From positions 32,001 to 96,000 of IMG/VR virus record IMGVR_UViG_3300032214_001486: DNA of 64,000 nucleotides; one strand, written 5' to 3'. Under the pieces are notes generated by a model that was not told the DNA's origin, did not search any database, and saw nothing but the letters and a program-made list of their open reading frames with translations. Position numbers and translations under genes: made by a program. Source of the DNA: a virus. Below are positions 26,081-35,311 of the stretch, piece after piece (within the stretch, counting starts at the first letter, position 1; the number at the start of each line of letters is the position of its first letter).

Positions 26081-28539
26081 GTCGTCCTCGGTCCTTGTAG
26101 CTGCTCGTCGGTGAAGGTGCCTTCTTCTTCGCCGTTAACGTACTCAACGTACAGGCCGGGCAAGTTTTTACTTATGCGTGTCGATCCTACGCTGACCCGA
26201 TAGAACCCCAACCCGTCGTCTGTCTTGTCACCTTCGGCCCCTCTGTTCTCGTCGGTGTTATCGTCGTCGTCAGACCTGTACTTTTTGCGAAACCCAATAT
26301 CTGTGTGCCACGTTACGGGTTGCTCTGACAAAAGCTGTGTCATTCTGTTCGCATAGCCATCGCTGCCCGGCAAGTAAGGCCAATATGCCCGCCGTAGGAA
26401 GTAGTCGCTTTGGTCCTCTACGGATTGTGTGGGGAGAACCCTTCCAAACGCCTTAGTGAAGTCCGCCGCATCAGCGACAGCCCAAGAGGGTGTGTAGCGG
26501 GTCGTGTCCCGCCGCATTGAGTCAAACCGGCGTTTAAGGTAATCTGCGATATTCTCTCCCCCCTCTTTCCGGTCACGCGCACCCCGAGCTTTCTTATACA
26601 CTTCGTCTTGGATGCCGTAATACTTATGGATAAATGTTGCGAAGGTGTAGTACATATTCACGACGAGCAGAGCCAAATACTTGGCCCATCGACTACGGAC
26701 GCTTTTGACCTGTTCGACTACATCGGAAGGCAGCAGATTTTCGCACAGCAGCACATCGGGGTTGACGATCCAACCGTCCTTAGAAACGCAGAATTTCGCA
26801 AAAACATCGGCCACGACTTGCAAATCGTTATCCAGGGCCCCAAGGCGACCCGCGGCTGTATCGACACCAGACGAAAATAAGCAAGCGTCGGCCTGTCTGT
26901 AATTCAGGGCCCCCCGGCTTTCTTTCACAAGCAGGTCAAGGCAATCATTGACCTTCCGCGCTGCGGCTTGATACTCCGCGAGTAGCTGGGGGTTACAGAA
27001 AGAGAAGGGCTGGATATTCCCCCTAAAGTTCTTTGCGTACAGCCGAGCAAAGGGGTCGTTACGCCACGTTTGCTCGTCAAGATCGTAGGAGAATGGGCCC
27101 AGCAGCAATTCATTGAGGCGGTGGAAGGCATTGAAGAACGTGTGTGGTGTCTCCCGCAAAGGATCGCCGGGTTTGGCCTTGGAGCCTTGTAGCGGGGGGT
27201 GTACGAAGTCAATAAGCACCACAGACTTCCGCTTTTTGGCTTCCTCAGACGCCCTCTTGTAGAATTCCTCGCTCCGATAATTGTTAGGGGCGATCATAAA
27301 GGACAGGCGCAGCGAGGGTAGCCCCCGCTCCAAAGCGAGGCGATCAACGTGGTCTAAGCCCTTAGAGAATTTCTCTTTAGCGTCCTGCCGGAGCATGGGC
27401 CCAAAGTAGTAGTGAGCGGCGCCCTGCTTCCCCTTGAATTCATTTTGCCAGGAGAGCAGAGGGTTTGCACGGTAGCCGTTGGCCCGCGTTTTCGATTGCG
27501 TGTCGGGGGCGACCTTGCGGAAGCCACTATCCCCCTCATAAGGGATGAATTTCTTGTCAAAGAGGTTAGGTAGGTCCAGCCGGATACGGTAGCCCGACTT
27601 CGTGGCCTTTGTCGCTTCGATGACACCGCAAATCTGCGCTTCGGTAAATCCACCAAGTCTCTTAATGACAGCGCAGACGCGATCTCCGGCCGCTATCCCC
27701 TGACTCGACATACGCCCCGCGATCTTGTCTTTGTGTTCTTGCAGGTAAGCGTTGATCAGCAGGTCAATCTTGGTTTGGTTCTTTTCAAGGAATACCTTGT
27801 ACTCAGGGCTGCTTAGGTACTGATTGCGTCCGCCATATTCCTCGTATTTCCCCTCCATGTAGGCTAAGTATTCTGTGTAGGACTGTAGGCTCGGCTGTTT
27901 TTCCGGTATGACACCGGGTACACCTGGGCGCAACCGTTCTTCTGTGAACCCAGCATTGAAGGCAGTATACTGATCAATTGAGGTGCCGGCCGTGAATACC
28001 ACGCAGGGACCGCTGGTGAGGCGGTCTATTGCGATATTCTGAGCAGGAACGTGAGACAGACCCGCCTTGCCGGACAGGAGGCCGATTTCGCGCGCAGCCC
28101 GTTTCGTTTCATCCAGGCTGAGCTTGCCTTGGGGTGTGACCGTAGCAGCGAGGGTGTTCACCAGCATCTTTAGGTCAGCAGCTAAGCCTTTGTACTGGCC
28201 CCGAGCCGACCCCACAGACCACTCCCTGTTTCCCAGGATCAAGGTGCGGCCCGCCTTGCCATCCCGCATGACGCTGGGCGGGTTTGGGATGAATTCGTAA
28301 AGGCCGTCTGCCTGCGGGTCTGGACTTAGGTCCACACCATAGGCCAGCAGGACCGGGCGCAGCAGCAGAGGCAGGAACGGGTCAAGCCCTACAGCATCCC
28401 GCGCGTCCAAGGCGTCTGCGATTAGATCAAAGGTACGGGGTATATTTTGATCTACCCACGCTTTCAGCGCAGGTTTACCCTTGATCTTGGTCGATAACCG
28501 CCTGTAGACGCGGCCTTGTGTTTCGTTGACGGCTTTCAT
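26077..28539 (-). CDS. large multidomain hypothetical protein (shared N-terminal module, internal RANGYRANP)
   Basis: PALKAWVDQNIPRTFDLI; GAGGACACCGACC-ATG leader. Confidence 0.8.
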   Translation of the reverse strand: MKAVNETQGRVYRRLSTKIKGKPALKAWVDQNIPRTFDLIADALDARDAVGLDPFLPLLLRPVLLAYGVDLSPDPQADGLYEFIPNPPSVMRDGKAGRTLILGNREWSVGSARGQYKGLAADLKMLVNTLAATVTPQGKLSLDETKRAAREIGLLSGKAGLSHVPAQNIAIDRLTSGPCVVFTAGTSIDQYTAFNAGFTEERLRPGVPGVIPEKQPSLQSYTEYLAYMEGKYEEYGGRNQYLSSPEYKVFLEKNQTKIDLLINAYLQEHKDKIAGRMSSQGIAAGDRVCAVIKRLGGFTEAQICGVIEATKATKSGYRIRLDLPNLFDKKFIPYEGDSGFRKVAPDTQSKTRANGYRANPLLSWQNEFKGKQGAAHYYFGPMLRQDAKEKFSKGLDHVDRLALERGLPSLRLSFMIAPNNYRSEEFYKRASEEAKKRKSVVLIDFVHPPLQGSKAKPGDPLRETPHTFFNAFHRLNELLLGPFSYDLDEQTWRNDPFARLYAKNFRGNIQPFSFCNPQLLAEYQAAARKVNDCLDLLVKESRGALNYRQADACLFSSGVDTAAGRLGALDNDLQVVADVFAKFCVSKDGWIVNPDVLLCENLLPSDVVEQVKSVRSRWAKYLALLVVNMYYTFATFIHKYYGIQDEVYKKARGARDRKEGGENIADYLKRRFDSMRRDTTRYTPSWAVADAADFTKAFGRVLPTQSVEDQSDYFLRRAYWPYLPGSDGYANRMTQLLSEQPVTWHTDIGFRKKYRSDDDDNTDENRGAEGDKTDDGLGFYRVSVGSTRISKNLPGLYVEYVNGEEEGTFTDEQLQGPRTT

Positions 28540-28555
28540 GGTCGGTGTCCTCGAC

Positions 28556-29611
28556 TTAGGCGGGGCGCTTGGCCTTGTGGGCTTTCAGGGCGGCTTGTGC
28601 TGCTTGGTACTGCTGCGTAGCCGATTGTAATTGTTGCTCTAAAGCCCTATACTCTGTCATGCTTTTTTTGTGGCTCCTGTCCGGCCCCCCAACTCTATCC
28701 CAAGCCTTGAGTCTCCCGTGTAGTGCTGACCGGGTGCGGTCAAGCTCGCGGGCCTGCTCTTGGAGTCGCGTAAACTCTGCCTCCCAAGCCGTGTTTGCCT
28801 CGGGTGCGGGGGACTCTACTCGTTTGGTCGGCAGCATTTCGCGTAAGCCTGGGAGTAAGACGGCGTTGAGCCAATTTTGGGCTTCCGCCCGCGTCGGGTT
28901 GTCTTGTAGCTTCCCGCACAAAAAGGAATAGTTCATATTCCAATTAGAAAGGGTTGGGCCTCCGTACTTCCCTGGGGGGAGGGCTAAGTATGCGGTTTGC
29001 ATCGCCACCACCTCGGGGTGCTTAGGTAGGGCCCCCCAGGCAGCATTTAGCCGGTCACGGTTGTACCGATCAACGCCGGGGGGCAGCGGAGGCGGCCAAT
29101 CGCTTGCGTCTGTCTGAGGCAAAAGCAAGGGGGCCGGGGCAGACCGGGTGTGCGCCCACCGGGGGCTAAGGGCATTAGACACCAGCGCCCCGGCAAAACG
29201 GTCCCGTACCGCTTTGAGAATGACTTGATCTTTGAGTTGATTAGAGGGAGAGTAGATTAGGCTGGGGGGATAGTTGTCAAAGATTTTGATGATAACGGTG
29301 TCTGTGTATTCTGTCGGCTGGATAAACCGATCAGCAGGCACCGTTACTCCCGGTACTTTGCGATAAACGGTCACGGGGCTACCGCTGTAAGTGTTGGGAT
29401 GAAAGGGGGCTTGTGCGGGCAGATACCAGAGCTTCGTCTGCACGGCGGGAAGTGGGGCTGTCTCCAACCCAATTCCGCGGCGTCTTAGCTCTGTTTCAAC
29501 CCAGCCGAGTAGAATGTCCTTGGGGGGAACAGTCTCCCAGCCTAATTTGTGGTCTATGTGTTTAGCGGCATTGGCAAGAACGTGGGCTAAGTACAATTTG
29601 CGCGTCGTCAT
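28556..29611 (-). CDS. hypothetical protein with C-terminal coiled coil
   Basis: 18-bp leader identical to that of the 28539 gene. Confidence 0.75.
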   Translation of the reverse strand: MTTRKLYLAHVLANAAKHIDHKLGWETVPPKDILLGWVETELRRRGIGLETAPLPAVQTKLWYLPAQAPFHPNTYSGSPVTVYRKVPGVTVPADRFIQPTEYTDTVIIKIFDNYPPSLIYSPSNQLKDQVILKAVRDRFAGALVSNALSPRWAHTRSAPAPLLLPQTDASDWPPPLPPGVDRYNRDRLNAAWGALPKHPEVVAMQTAYLALPPGKYGGPTLSNWNMNYSFLCGKLQDNPTRAEAQNWLNAVLLPGLREMLPTKRVESPAPEANTAWEAEFTRLQEQARELDRTRSALHGRLKAWDRVGGPDRSHKKSMTEYRALEQQLQSATQQYQAAQAALKAHKAKRPA

Positions 29612-29638
29612 GGTCGGTGTCCTCGGCGGGTTTGGGCC

Positions 29639-30229
29639 TTAGCGGCGTTGTCCGTTTTTGCGTTCCAGCGTCGGGTAGGGGGAGCGGGGGCCGAGCCAGC
29701 GCCCCGACGTGACCTCCCCTTCGGAGCCATCCCAGGTGCCCCCAAGGATCACGGCTGTACCCCCGATCTTTGCTTTGCCTGTGATGCGGGCGCGCCCGCC
29801 GACGTGGGCCTCTCCTGACACAATCGCGTGTCCGCCGACCTGAGCGACCCCTTTAACGGTTGCCCGCCCGCCAACGTGCGCGTTATCAGCGACGATAGCT
29901 TGCCCGCCGACGTTGGCTTGATCGGTGACCCGAGCGTTGCCGTAGATTTGGGCCCGCTCCAACGCGCGAGCGTTGCCGTCAAGGGTTGCAGCCCCGTAGA
30001 TTAGGGCTTCTCCCTGCGTGGTTGCGTTGCCCTTCACGGTGCCCCGTTCCCACACATGGCGGAAGCGGGAGATCCCTAATGCCCGGCGGATCTCCCGTTG
30101 AACCCAATAAAACCTACGGTATGCGTACTGCCACAACCGGGGGCGGCCGGCTAACTTCGCCCCCAGGGCTTCCCAGGCGCGCACGTCCCGGTCATCCTCG
30201 GGGGCGAACGGGGTTTTGATCGAAGGCAT
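29639..30229 (-). CDS. hexapeptide beta-helix protein, C-terminal paralog of 23251..24366
   Basis: V.G.A.V repeats, GGTWDGSEG; ends RKNGQRR. Confidence 0.8.
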   Translation of the reverse strand: MPSIKTPFAPEDDRDVRAWEALGAKLAGRPRLWQYAYRRFYWVQREIRRALGISRFRHVWERGTVKGNATTQGEALIYGAATLDGNARALERAQIYGNARVTDQANVGGQAIVADNAHVGGRATVKGVAQVGGHAIVSGEAHVGGRARITGKAKIGGTAVILGGTWDGSEGEVTSGRWLGPRSPYPTLERKNGQRR

Positions 30230-30277
30230 CCATCACCCTAAACAGCGTGAGCGAGCCTGCGAGGGCCAGCGCGGTAT

Positions 30278-30661
30278 TTAGCGAAGCCAAGCCCAGCCGG
30301 CTTCTGCGTTGCGCCAGCATAGCACAGGGCCGTTGGTGCTGATCCAAATTTCTTCTGTTGTCCCCCCGTTCTTGTCGGCCCAGGTATCGCAGCGGGCTTT
30401 GAGGCCGTCCAAGTATTCCGGGGTCAAGGCCGCTTTTAGCTCAGAGAACCGACCCTGACAGTCTCGGCAATAGAGGCGGCCGTCCTTTCGCCAAGTCAAA
30501 ATCAAGCGGGCCATCTGCGGGGCGTGCGTTTCGACAATCTCCCGCGCCTTTGCCTCCACCGTTGGGCCGCTCAATCCATGCTTACGGCTCATTTTCTGCG
30601 CGAGCAGTACAGCAGCGTTGGGCGCCACACCGAAGGAGACAAAGGGCTTGGGATCATACAT
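30278..30661 (-). CDS. hypothetical protein
   Basis: AGGT RBS; CRDC motif. Confidence 0.6.
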   Translation of the reverse strand: MYDPKPFVSFGVAPNAAVLLAQKMSRKHGLSGPTVEAKAREIVETHAPQMARLILTWRKDGRLYCRDCQGRFSELKAALTPEYLDGLKARCDTWADKNGGTTEEIWISTNGPVLCWRNAEAGWAWLR

Positions 30662-30668
30662 TAGGCAC

Positions 30669-31139
30669 CTACGGGCCCACGGGGCCGGGGAGAGGGGCAG
30701 GGGCAGAGTCAGGAAGGGGGGATAGCCGCCCGCTATGCGGGTAGGACGCGGCGATCAGGACACCGGGGGGCGAGGGGAAGCTAAGCGGTTGATCGTGCAG
30801 AACGATCAAAACGCGGCTCTCAGCGAGATAACCGATACACCTCCCCTGGTAGCGCGTAATTGTGTCGATCACCCGGTCCACCGGGCTCGGCCGGTCATCG
30901 TCCCAGGCCAGCAGAAACCGGCTTTGATATTCGTGAATTCGTGAGATTGTGCGGATCGCGTGGTCCTTGTCTACTTCAATCACGTCGCCCACATGGACGC
31001 CGTGAACCTCGGCGTTGAGGGCGTTTTCGCTAAAGAGCACCAGCACAAAGTTACCGTCTAAGCGCAGGCCGGGGAACACTTCACCCCCGCAATAGACGTT
31101 GACCTCGGCGTTTTCGCGGGGGGATACGGACTCAGACAT
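30669..31139 (-). CDS. hypothetical protein
   Basis: GGAG RBS before ATG 31139. Confidence 0.6.
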   Translation of the reverse strand: MSESVSPRENAEVNVYCGGEVFPGLRLDGNFVLVLFSENALNAEVHGVHVGDVIEVDKDHAIRTISRIHEYQSRFLLAWDDDRPSPVDRVIDTITRYQGRCIGYLAESRVLIVLHDQPLSFPSPPGVLIAASYPHSGRLSPLPDSAPAPLPGPVGP

Positions 31140-31207
31140 AACGTGCGCTCCGGGTATTGTCAAGCGACAATAGGTTAGTGTAAGGGGGCGAGCGGGGCAG
31201 GGCGGGA

Positions 31208-33022
31208 TCAAAGGCGCTTTGCGCGCAATACCTTGGGTTTAACCTTGCGGTTGGAGAGAACGGACACCCCGCGCCGCTTGCGCTCGGCCCGGACCAGACG
31301 CATACGGGCGGCTGCATCGGCGGTGTTCAACGGCTTGCCGATCTCCAAAATAATACCCTCGGCCAGCTTCACCCGGCGAATGGTGTTGGGGGCAAAGCTG
31401 GTCAAGCTACGCACGATGATCTGCATGACATTGTTCTGTCGGTTGATCTTGCGGGTTCTGTATCTATTGCGGCGTAGGTGGCGCTGTAGCGCGTCAATCG
31501 GCCATCGGGTAGCGTCGAAGATGACGCTACGGACGATCTTCTCGTTGTCCGGTAGCGGAGGCAGGTCGAGCGCCGCCTTGGGGTTGTGGCTCACCAGGGG
31601 TACACCCTTGGATAGCTCTTTGATCTTCCGCCAGACGCTCAGTGTCTCGGGCGAGGATTGGTGCTCAATCGTCGCGGTCCCGATATGCTGGGCCACCAGC
31701 GTCCGCTTGCGCTCCACAATATCAGTGATCCGGTCGTCTAAGGTGCCCTCGGCGTGCAGATACCAGATGGTCGTCGGCCGCTTCTGGCCCAACCGACGAA
31801 TTCGATCTTCTGCCTGTTCCTCCGCAGCCGGGGTCCACCAGCGTTCCAAAAAGAGCAGGTTCGCGGCCCGCACCAGCGTAATGCCTTCCGCCGCGGCGCG
31901 GGAACCGATGAATACATCGACCTGCCCGGACTTGAAAGCATCGACTGACGCTTGCCGCTGTTCCGTGCTCGATGACCCGTCAAGGCGGGTGTAGGTCACA
32001 CCGAGCTTGGAGAGATACTGTCCCAAAAGGTCCAGTACGTCGGTGTATTGACCAAAGATGACGACGGGTTCGCCCTTCTTGATCATGCTGAGTGTCCAGG
32101 CAACGGCCGCAGGGATCTTCCCTCGCCCAATAATCCGCCGCAGATAGGTCAGCTTTGACAAGGGTTCCGACGACGTGGCCCGCTCTGCCGCCGCTTCCAC
32201 GTCAATCGGATCGTCCATGATTTTAGGCAGATAGGACTCCAACCACTGTTCGTACAGCGCGACGACCTCTCGATACTCGTGCAGGATCTCGTCGGGCACT
32301 TCAACGGTGAGCGTGATCCGCTTTTTCGGAGGAATGTCCGGGGCCACGTCCTCTAACAGCCGGCGCAGCATCGGCGGGCTCTCTGTTCCAAACAAGCCCC
32401 GCAGGACTTCCAATTCGTCTACGGTGTTGACCAGGGGAGTACCCGTCAGCAGCAGCATGTGATTAACGCTCTCTGCGACGGCTCCGACCGCCTGTGTCCG
32501 CTGAGCCTTTGGGTTCTTCGCATAATGCGCTTCGTCTGCGATCAGCAGCCGGTAGGTGTATTCGATGAATTCCTCCTGCCGCGAGGCGAGAACGTCCCAG
32601 GTGGTGATCGTTAGGTGGTGATTTCGCTCCAGCGGCGCGTTCACGTCCGCGGCGATCTGCACGCGGACGCCGGGTATCCACATTTCCGCTTCGTTTCGCC
32701 AGTTTTGGACAACGCTGGCAGGCACGACCGCCAGCGCGGGGCAGAGCTTTCGCACATTCTCTTTGATCGCGGTGAGCACTTGGCCGGTCTTGCCGCACCC
32801 CGGCGCGTCGGCCAGCAGTACCCGCCAGTTATGCTCGGCTAAGAAGTCCACCCCGTCGCGCTGAAACGGGCGCAGGGCGGGCGTCGGGGGCGGCGGCGGT
32901 CTGCGGGGCGGGGCCTTGGCCTTGCGCGGCGCTGGGATGCGCGCGTAGCCCGCGCTGCGCTTCTTGGGTACACGCACCCCGCTCGACCATGACTTTGCCT
33001 TTTTCAGCCTTGCCTTTTTCAC
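31208..33022 (-). CDS. SNF2-family (SMARCAL1/HARP-like) helicase with basic termini
   Basis: LRPFQRDGV, DAPGCGKT, DEAH, LTGTP, EGITL, QAEDRIRRLGQ; GTG start inferred. Confidence 0.92.
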   Translation of the reverse strand: MKKARLKKAKSWSSGVRVPKKRSAGYARIPAPRKAKAPPRRPPPPPTPALRPFQRDGVDFLAEHNWRVLLADAPGCGKTGQVLTAIKENVRKLCPALAVVPASVVQNWRNEAEMWIPGVRVQIAADVNAPLERNHHLTITTWDVLASRQEEFIEYTYRLLIADEAHYAKNPKAQRTQAVGAVAESVNHMLLLTGTPLVNTVDELEVLRGLFGTESPPMLRRLLEDVAPDIPPKKRITLTVEVPDEILHEYREVVALYEQWLESYLPKIMDDPIDVEAAAERATSSEPLSKLTYLRRIIGRGKIPAAVAWTLSMIKKGEPVVIFGQYTDVLDLLGQYLSKLGVTYTRLDGSSSTEQRQASVDAFKSGQVDVFIGSRAAAEGITLVRAANLLFLERWWTPAAEEQAEDRIRRLGQKRPTTIWYLHAEGTLDDRITDIVERKRTLVAQHIGTATIEHQSSPETLSVWRKIKELSKGVPLVSHNPKAALDLPPLPDNEKIVRSVIFDATRWPIDALQRHLRRNRYRTRKINRQNNVMQIIVRSLTSFAPNTIRRVKLAEGIILEIGKPLNTADAAARMRLVRAERKRRGVSVLSNRKVKPKVLRAKRL

Positions 33023-33084
33023 GACAAACCCCCGACCAGAGTGTAACCCGGTCGGGGGCAAGGGGCATGGGGCGTGGGGGCGGG

Positions 33085-33411
33085 CTACCGACGCCGTGTG
33101 CTCAGGCTCGGGCCTTGCTGCCCGTCCAGGGTGAATATGTACTCGATCCCGCTCCACACAAGGTAGAACGCAGGAACCCCCCGGTAAACGCCGCGGTAGT
33201 AGCCTACATGCCAATCCGTTGTGATACGGAAATCTTTTCTGTACCCCAACTGATACTGTATCCAGGCCCATTCCTCGGGGCCGAGCGCCCGTGCGAAGGT
33301 CTGCCGGCTGACTTCCTCCCCCGTCTCTTTGAGGGCGGAAATATCCTCCTCGGTAGATCCAATACAATTGGTCACAAAGCGGTATCGATCAGTGATGGGT
33401 GTCCGGGCCAC
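33085..33411 (-). CDS. hypothetical protein
   Basis: GAGGA RBS; F.TNC..DWHV.YY..WSGIEYIF. Confidence 0.7.
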   Translation of the reverse strand: MARTPITDRYRFVTNCIGSTEEDISALKETGEEVSRQTFARALGPEEWAWIQYQLGYRKDFRITTDWHVGYYRGVYRGVPAFYLVWSGIEYIFTLDGQQGPSLSTRRR

Positions 33412-33412
33412 G

Positions 33413-35311
33413 CTATGCGTCCTCGTCGGTATCGGGTTTAGACGCCAGCTTCTCCTGCACCAAAACGACCATCTGTTCTATGTCGCCGGTTCTGTTCACA
33501 TAGTCAAGGCGCTGGCTATCTGCCCAACGGATTGCTTCGTAATGGGCATTTTTGTCCCGATGGGGTACAGGCATAGCCCCAGGTAGCTCCTCCGCTACAC
33601 GGTCGTAGGCTTCAACAAATTTTTCCAGGGGAGCAACACGACCTTGCGTGTAGTCGCGCGGGCAGCGACTTCCGATTGCATCTAATAGCGGCCAGAAGCC
33701 CTGCTTTGTTTTTGCCTCTTTGGGTAAAGGTAAGTACCAGCCCCCATTAACGTAGAATATGTAGTTCTTTGTGGATTTCAGTGCCTTGCTCACGTCTACG
33801 GGGGGATAGCTCTCGATCCAAGCCTGCATACGTTCTTTGATCTCCCGCAGGACTCGGGGCCGCCGCTCATTCCGCTCTTTTCGTTCCCGTTCTTCGCGTT
33901 CTTCGCGCTCCCTCCGCTCCACATTTTCTGGCATATTGTGGTATTTGCCATGTAAGTCCTCCACCGCCGCTTCTCGCACGGCGTATACACGCTCGCCGTA
34001 CTTCTGCGCTTCGTCGTGACCCAAGTGTAGGTGATTTATGACAGCCGCAACAGGAACGGCCATAGAATAGGTCTGATCGAAGTAGATATTGGCTGCTGCA
34101 TAGGGGTAGAAGCGATCTTCTTCCTTTAAGCCCCTCTGATCCCAGCCCCTTTGTTCCCACAGGGCTAACTTCCGCTTTGCTTCCCGATCTTCCCTGATCA
34201 TCTTCTCGACTTTCAGCTTTCTTCCTCCTTCGCTGTCAGTAGCCAAATGCGTAGTACGCAAAAATACGTCTACGATGCTACGGGCAAAGTCTGAGACAGA
34301 GCCTCGGCCGAGGATGATAGTGGGGTCTTGGCGTGCGAGGAAAGCCAACGCGCCCGTAACCGCTTGGGCATACTCAGGGGGCGGCTTAGCCGGATCATAC
34401 TGTAGCTCTTTTTTCCCGTAAATATTCTTGGGGATCATGTACGGGTAGCCGAGCGTGAGTAGGTTCTGGTAGCCCTGCTCGGTCAGACCGATGGCCTCGG
34501 CGTCAGCCTCGACCTGACCACCAGACAAGATCGCCTTACGTCCCTTGGCTCTGGCGGCCTGCTCTGCGCGTTCCGCCTTCTCCGCGGCCCGTGCTTCGTT
34601 CAGGTTCAGCACGCCCTTGGGGTAAGTGACCCCATCGGGCTTCACAACGGCGTAATTGTCACGAATTCTCAGGTATTTCGTCTTTATCTCCTCTGGTATG
34701 TATACGCTGGACTTCCGCATCTGCGCGTCCCAATAGGGGAAATCCCCGGTCAACGGGTGCGCGGGGTCGCCGATATGGAGCACCACCAATACAGGCAACG
34801 TGCCGCTCTGCACAATGGGCTTAGCCCCCGGCAGGAAGTCAAAAAGGTAAAGCCCCCTGTCTGTAAAGAGGGGCCGATAGCCCCGCTCGTATCCCTCCTC
34901 GACGATACGCCCAATTTCCGGCGGAACGGCGATATACCATTGGTTAGCGAAGGCTTCTTTGCAACCTAAACGCCCTATCGCTTCCGTATACCGCTCGATG
35001 GGGAAGTCGGGGTCGCCGCTGCCTTTTACATATTTCACTTCGCTTGTGTCAGCGAAAAAGTAGGGGTTAAAGTAGAATTCTCTACCCCCCGCGGTGCCGT
35101 ACACCAAAAAGTCGCCCAGGTTAGGCTTCGTCTTGGCCTTCGTGAGCGGTGCGGGCGGGAACACACCCACGGGGGCTGTCATACCGATAATAACCCGCAA
35201 GACTACATCAAGGTTGTATAGGCCAAGCCGTTCAAGCCTGCCTCGGGCTGTGGCGAATACTCCCTCAAAGGTCAGTACCTTGGAGTAGACGTAGGTTACC
35301 TTGTCGGTCAT
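33413..35311 (-). CDS. large hypothetical protein, partial paralog of 35308..37299
   Basis: ATGA overlap sets start MTDKVT; shared LT..G..AV.GALA.LA.Q.P segment. Confidence 0.75.
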   Translation of the reverse strand: MTDKVTYVYSKVLTFEGVFATARGRLERLGLYNLDVVLRVIIGMTAPVGVFPPAPLTKAKTKPNLGDFLVYGTAGGREFYFNPYFFADTSEVKYVKGSGDPDFPIERYTEAIGRLGCKEAFANQWYIAVPPEIGRIVEEGYERGYRPLFTDRGLYLFDFLPGAKPIVQSGTLPVLVVLHIGDPAHPLTGDFPYWDAQMRKSSVYIPEEIKTKYLRIRDNYAVVKPDGVTYPKGVLNLNEARAAEKAERAEQAARAKGRKAILSGGQVEADAEAIGLTEQGYQNLLTLGYPYMIPKNIYGKKELQYDPAKPPPEYAQAVTGALAFLARQDPTIILGRGSVSDFARSIVDVFLRTTHLATDSEGGRKLKVEKMIREDREAKRKLALWEQRGWDQRGLKEEDRFYPYAAANIYFDQTYSMAVPVAAVINHLHLGHDEAQKYGERVYAVREAAVEDLHGKYHNMPENVERREREEREERERKERNERRPRVLREIKERMQAWIESYPPVDVSKALKSTKNYIFYVNGGWYLPLPKEAKTKQGFWPLLDAIGSRCPRDYTQGRVAPLEKFVEAYDRVAEELPGAMPVPHRDKNAHYEAIRWADSQRLDYVNRTGDIEQMVVLVQEKLASKPDTDEDA

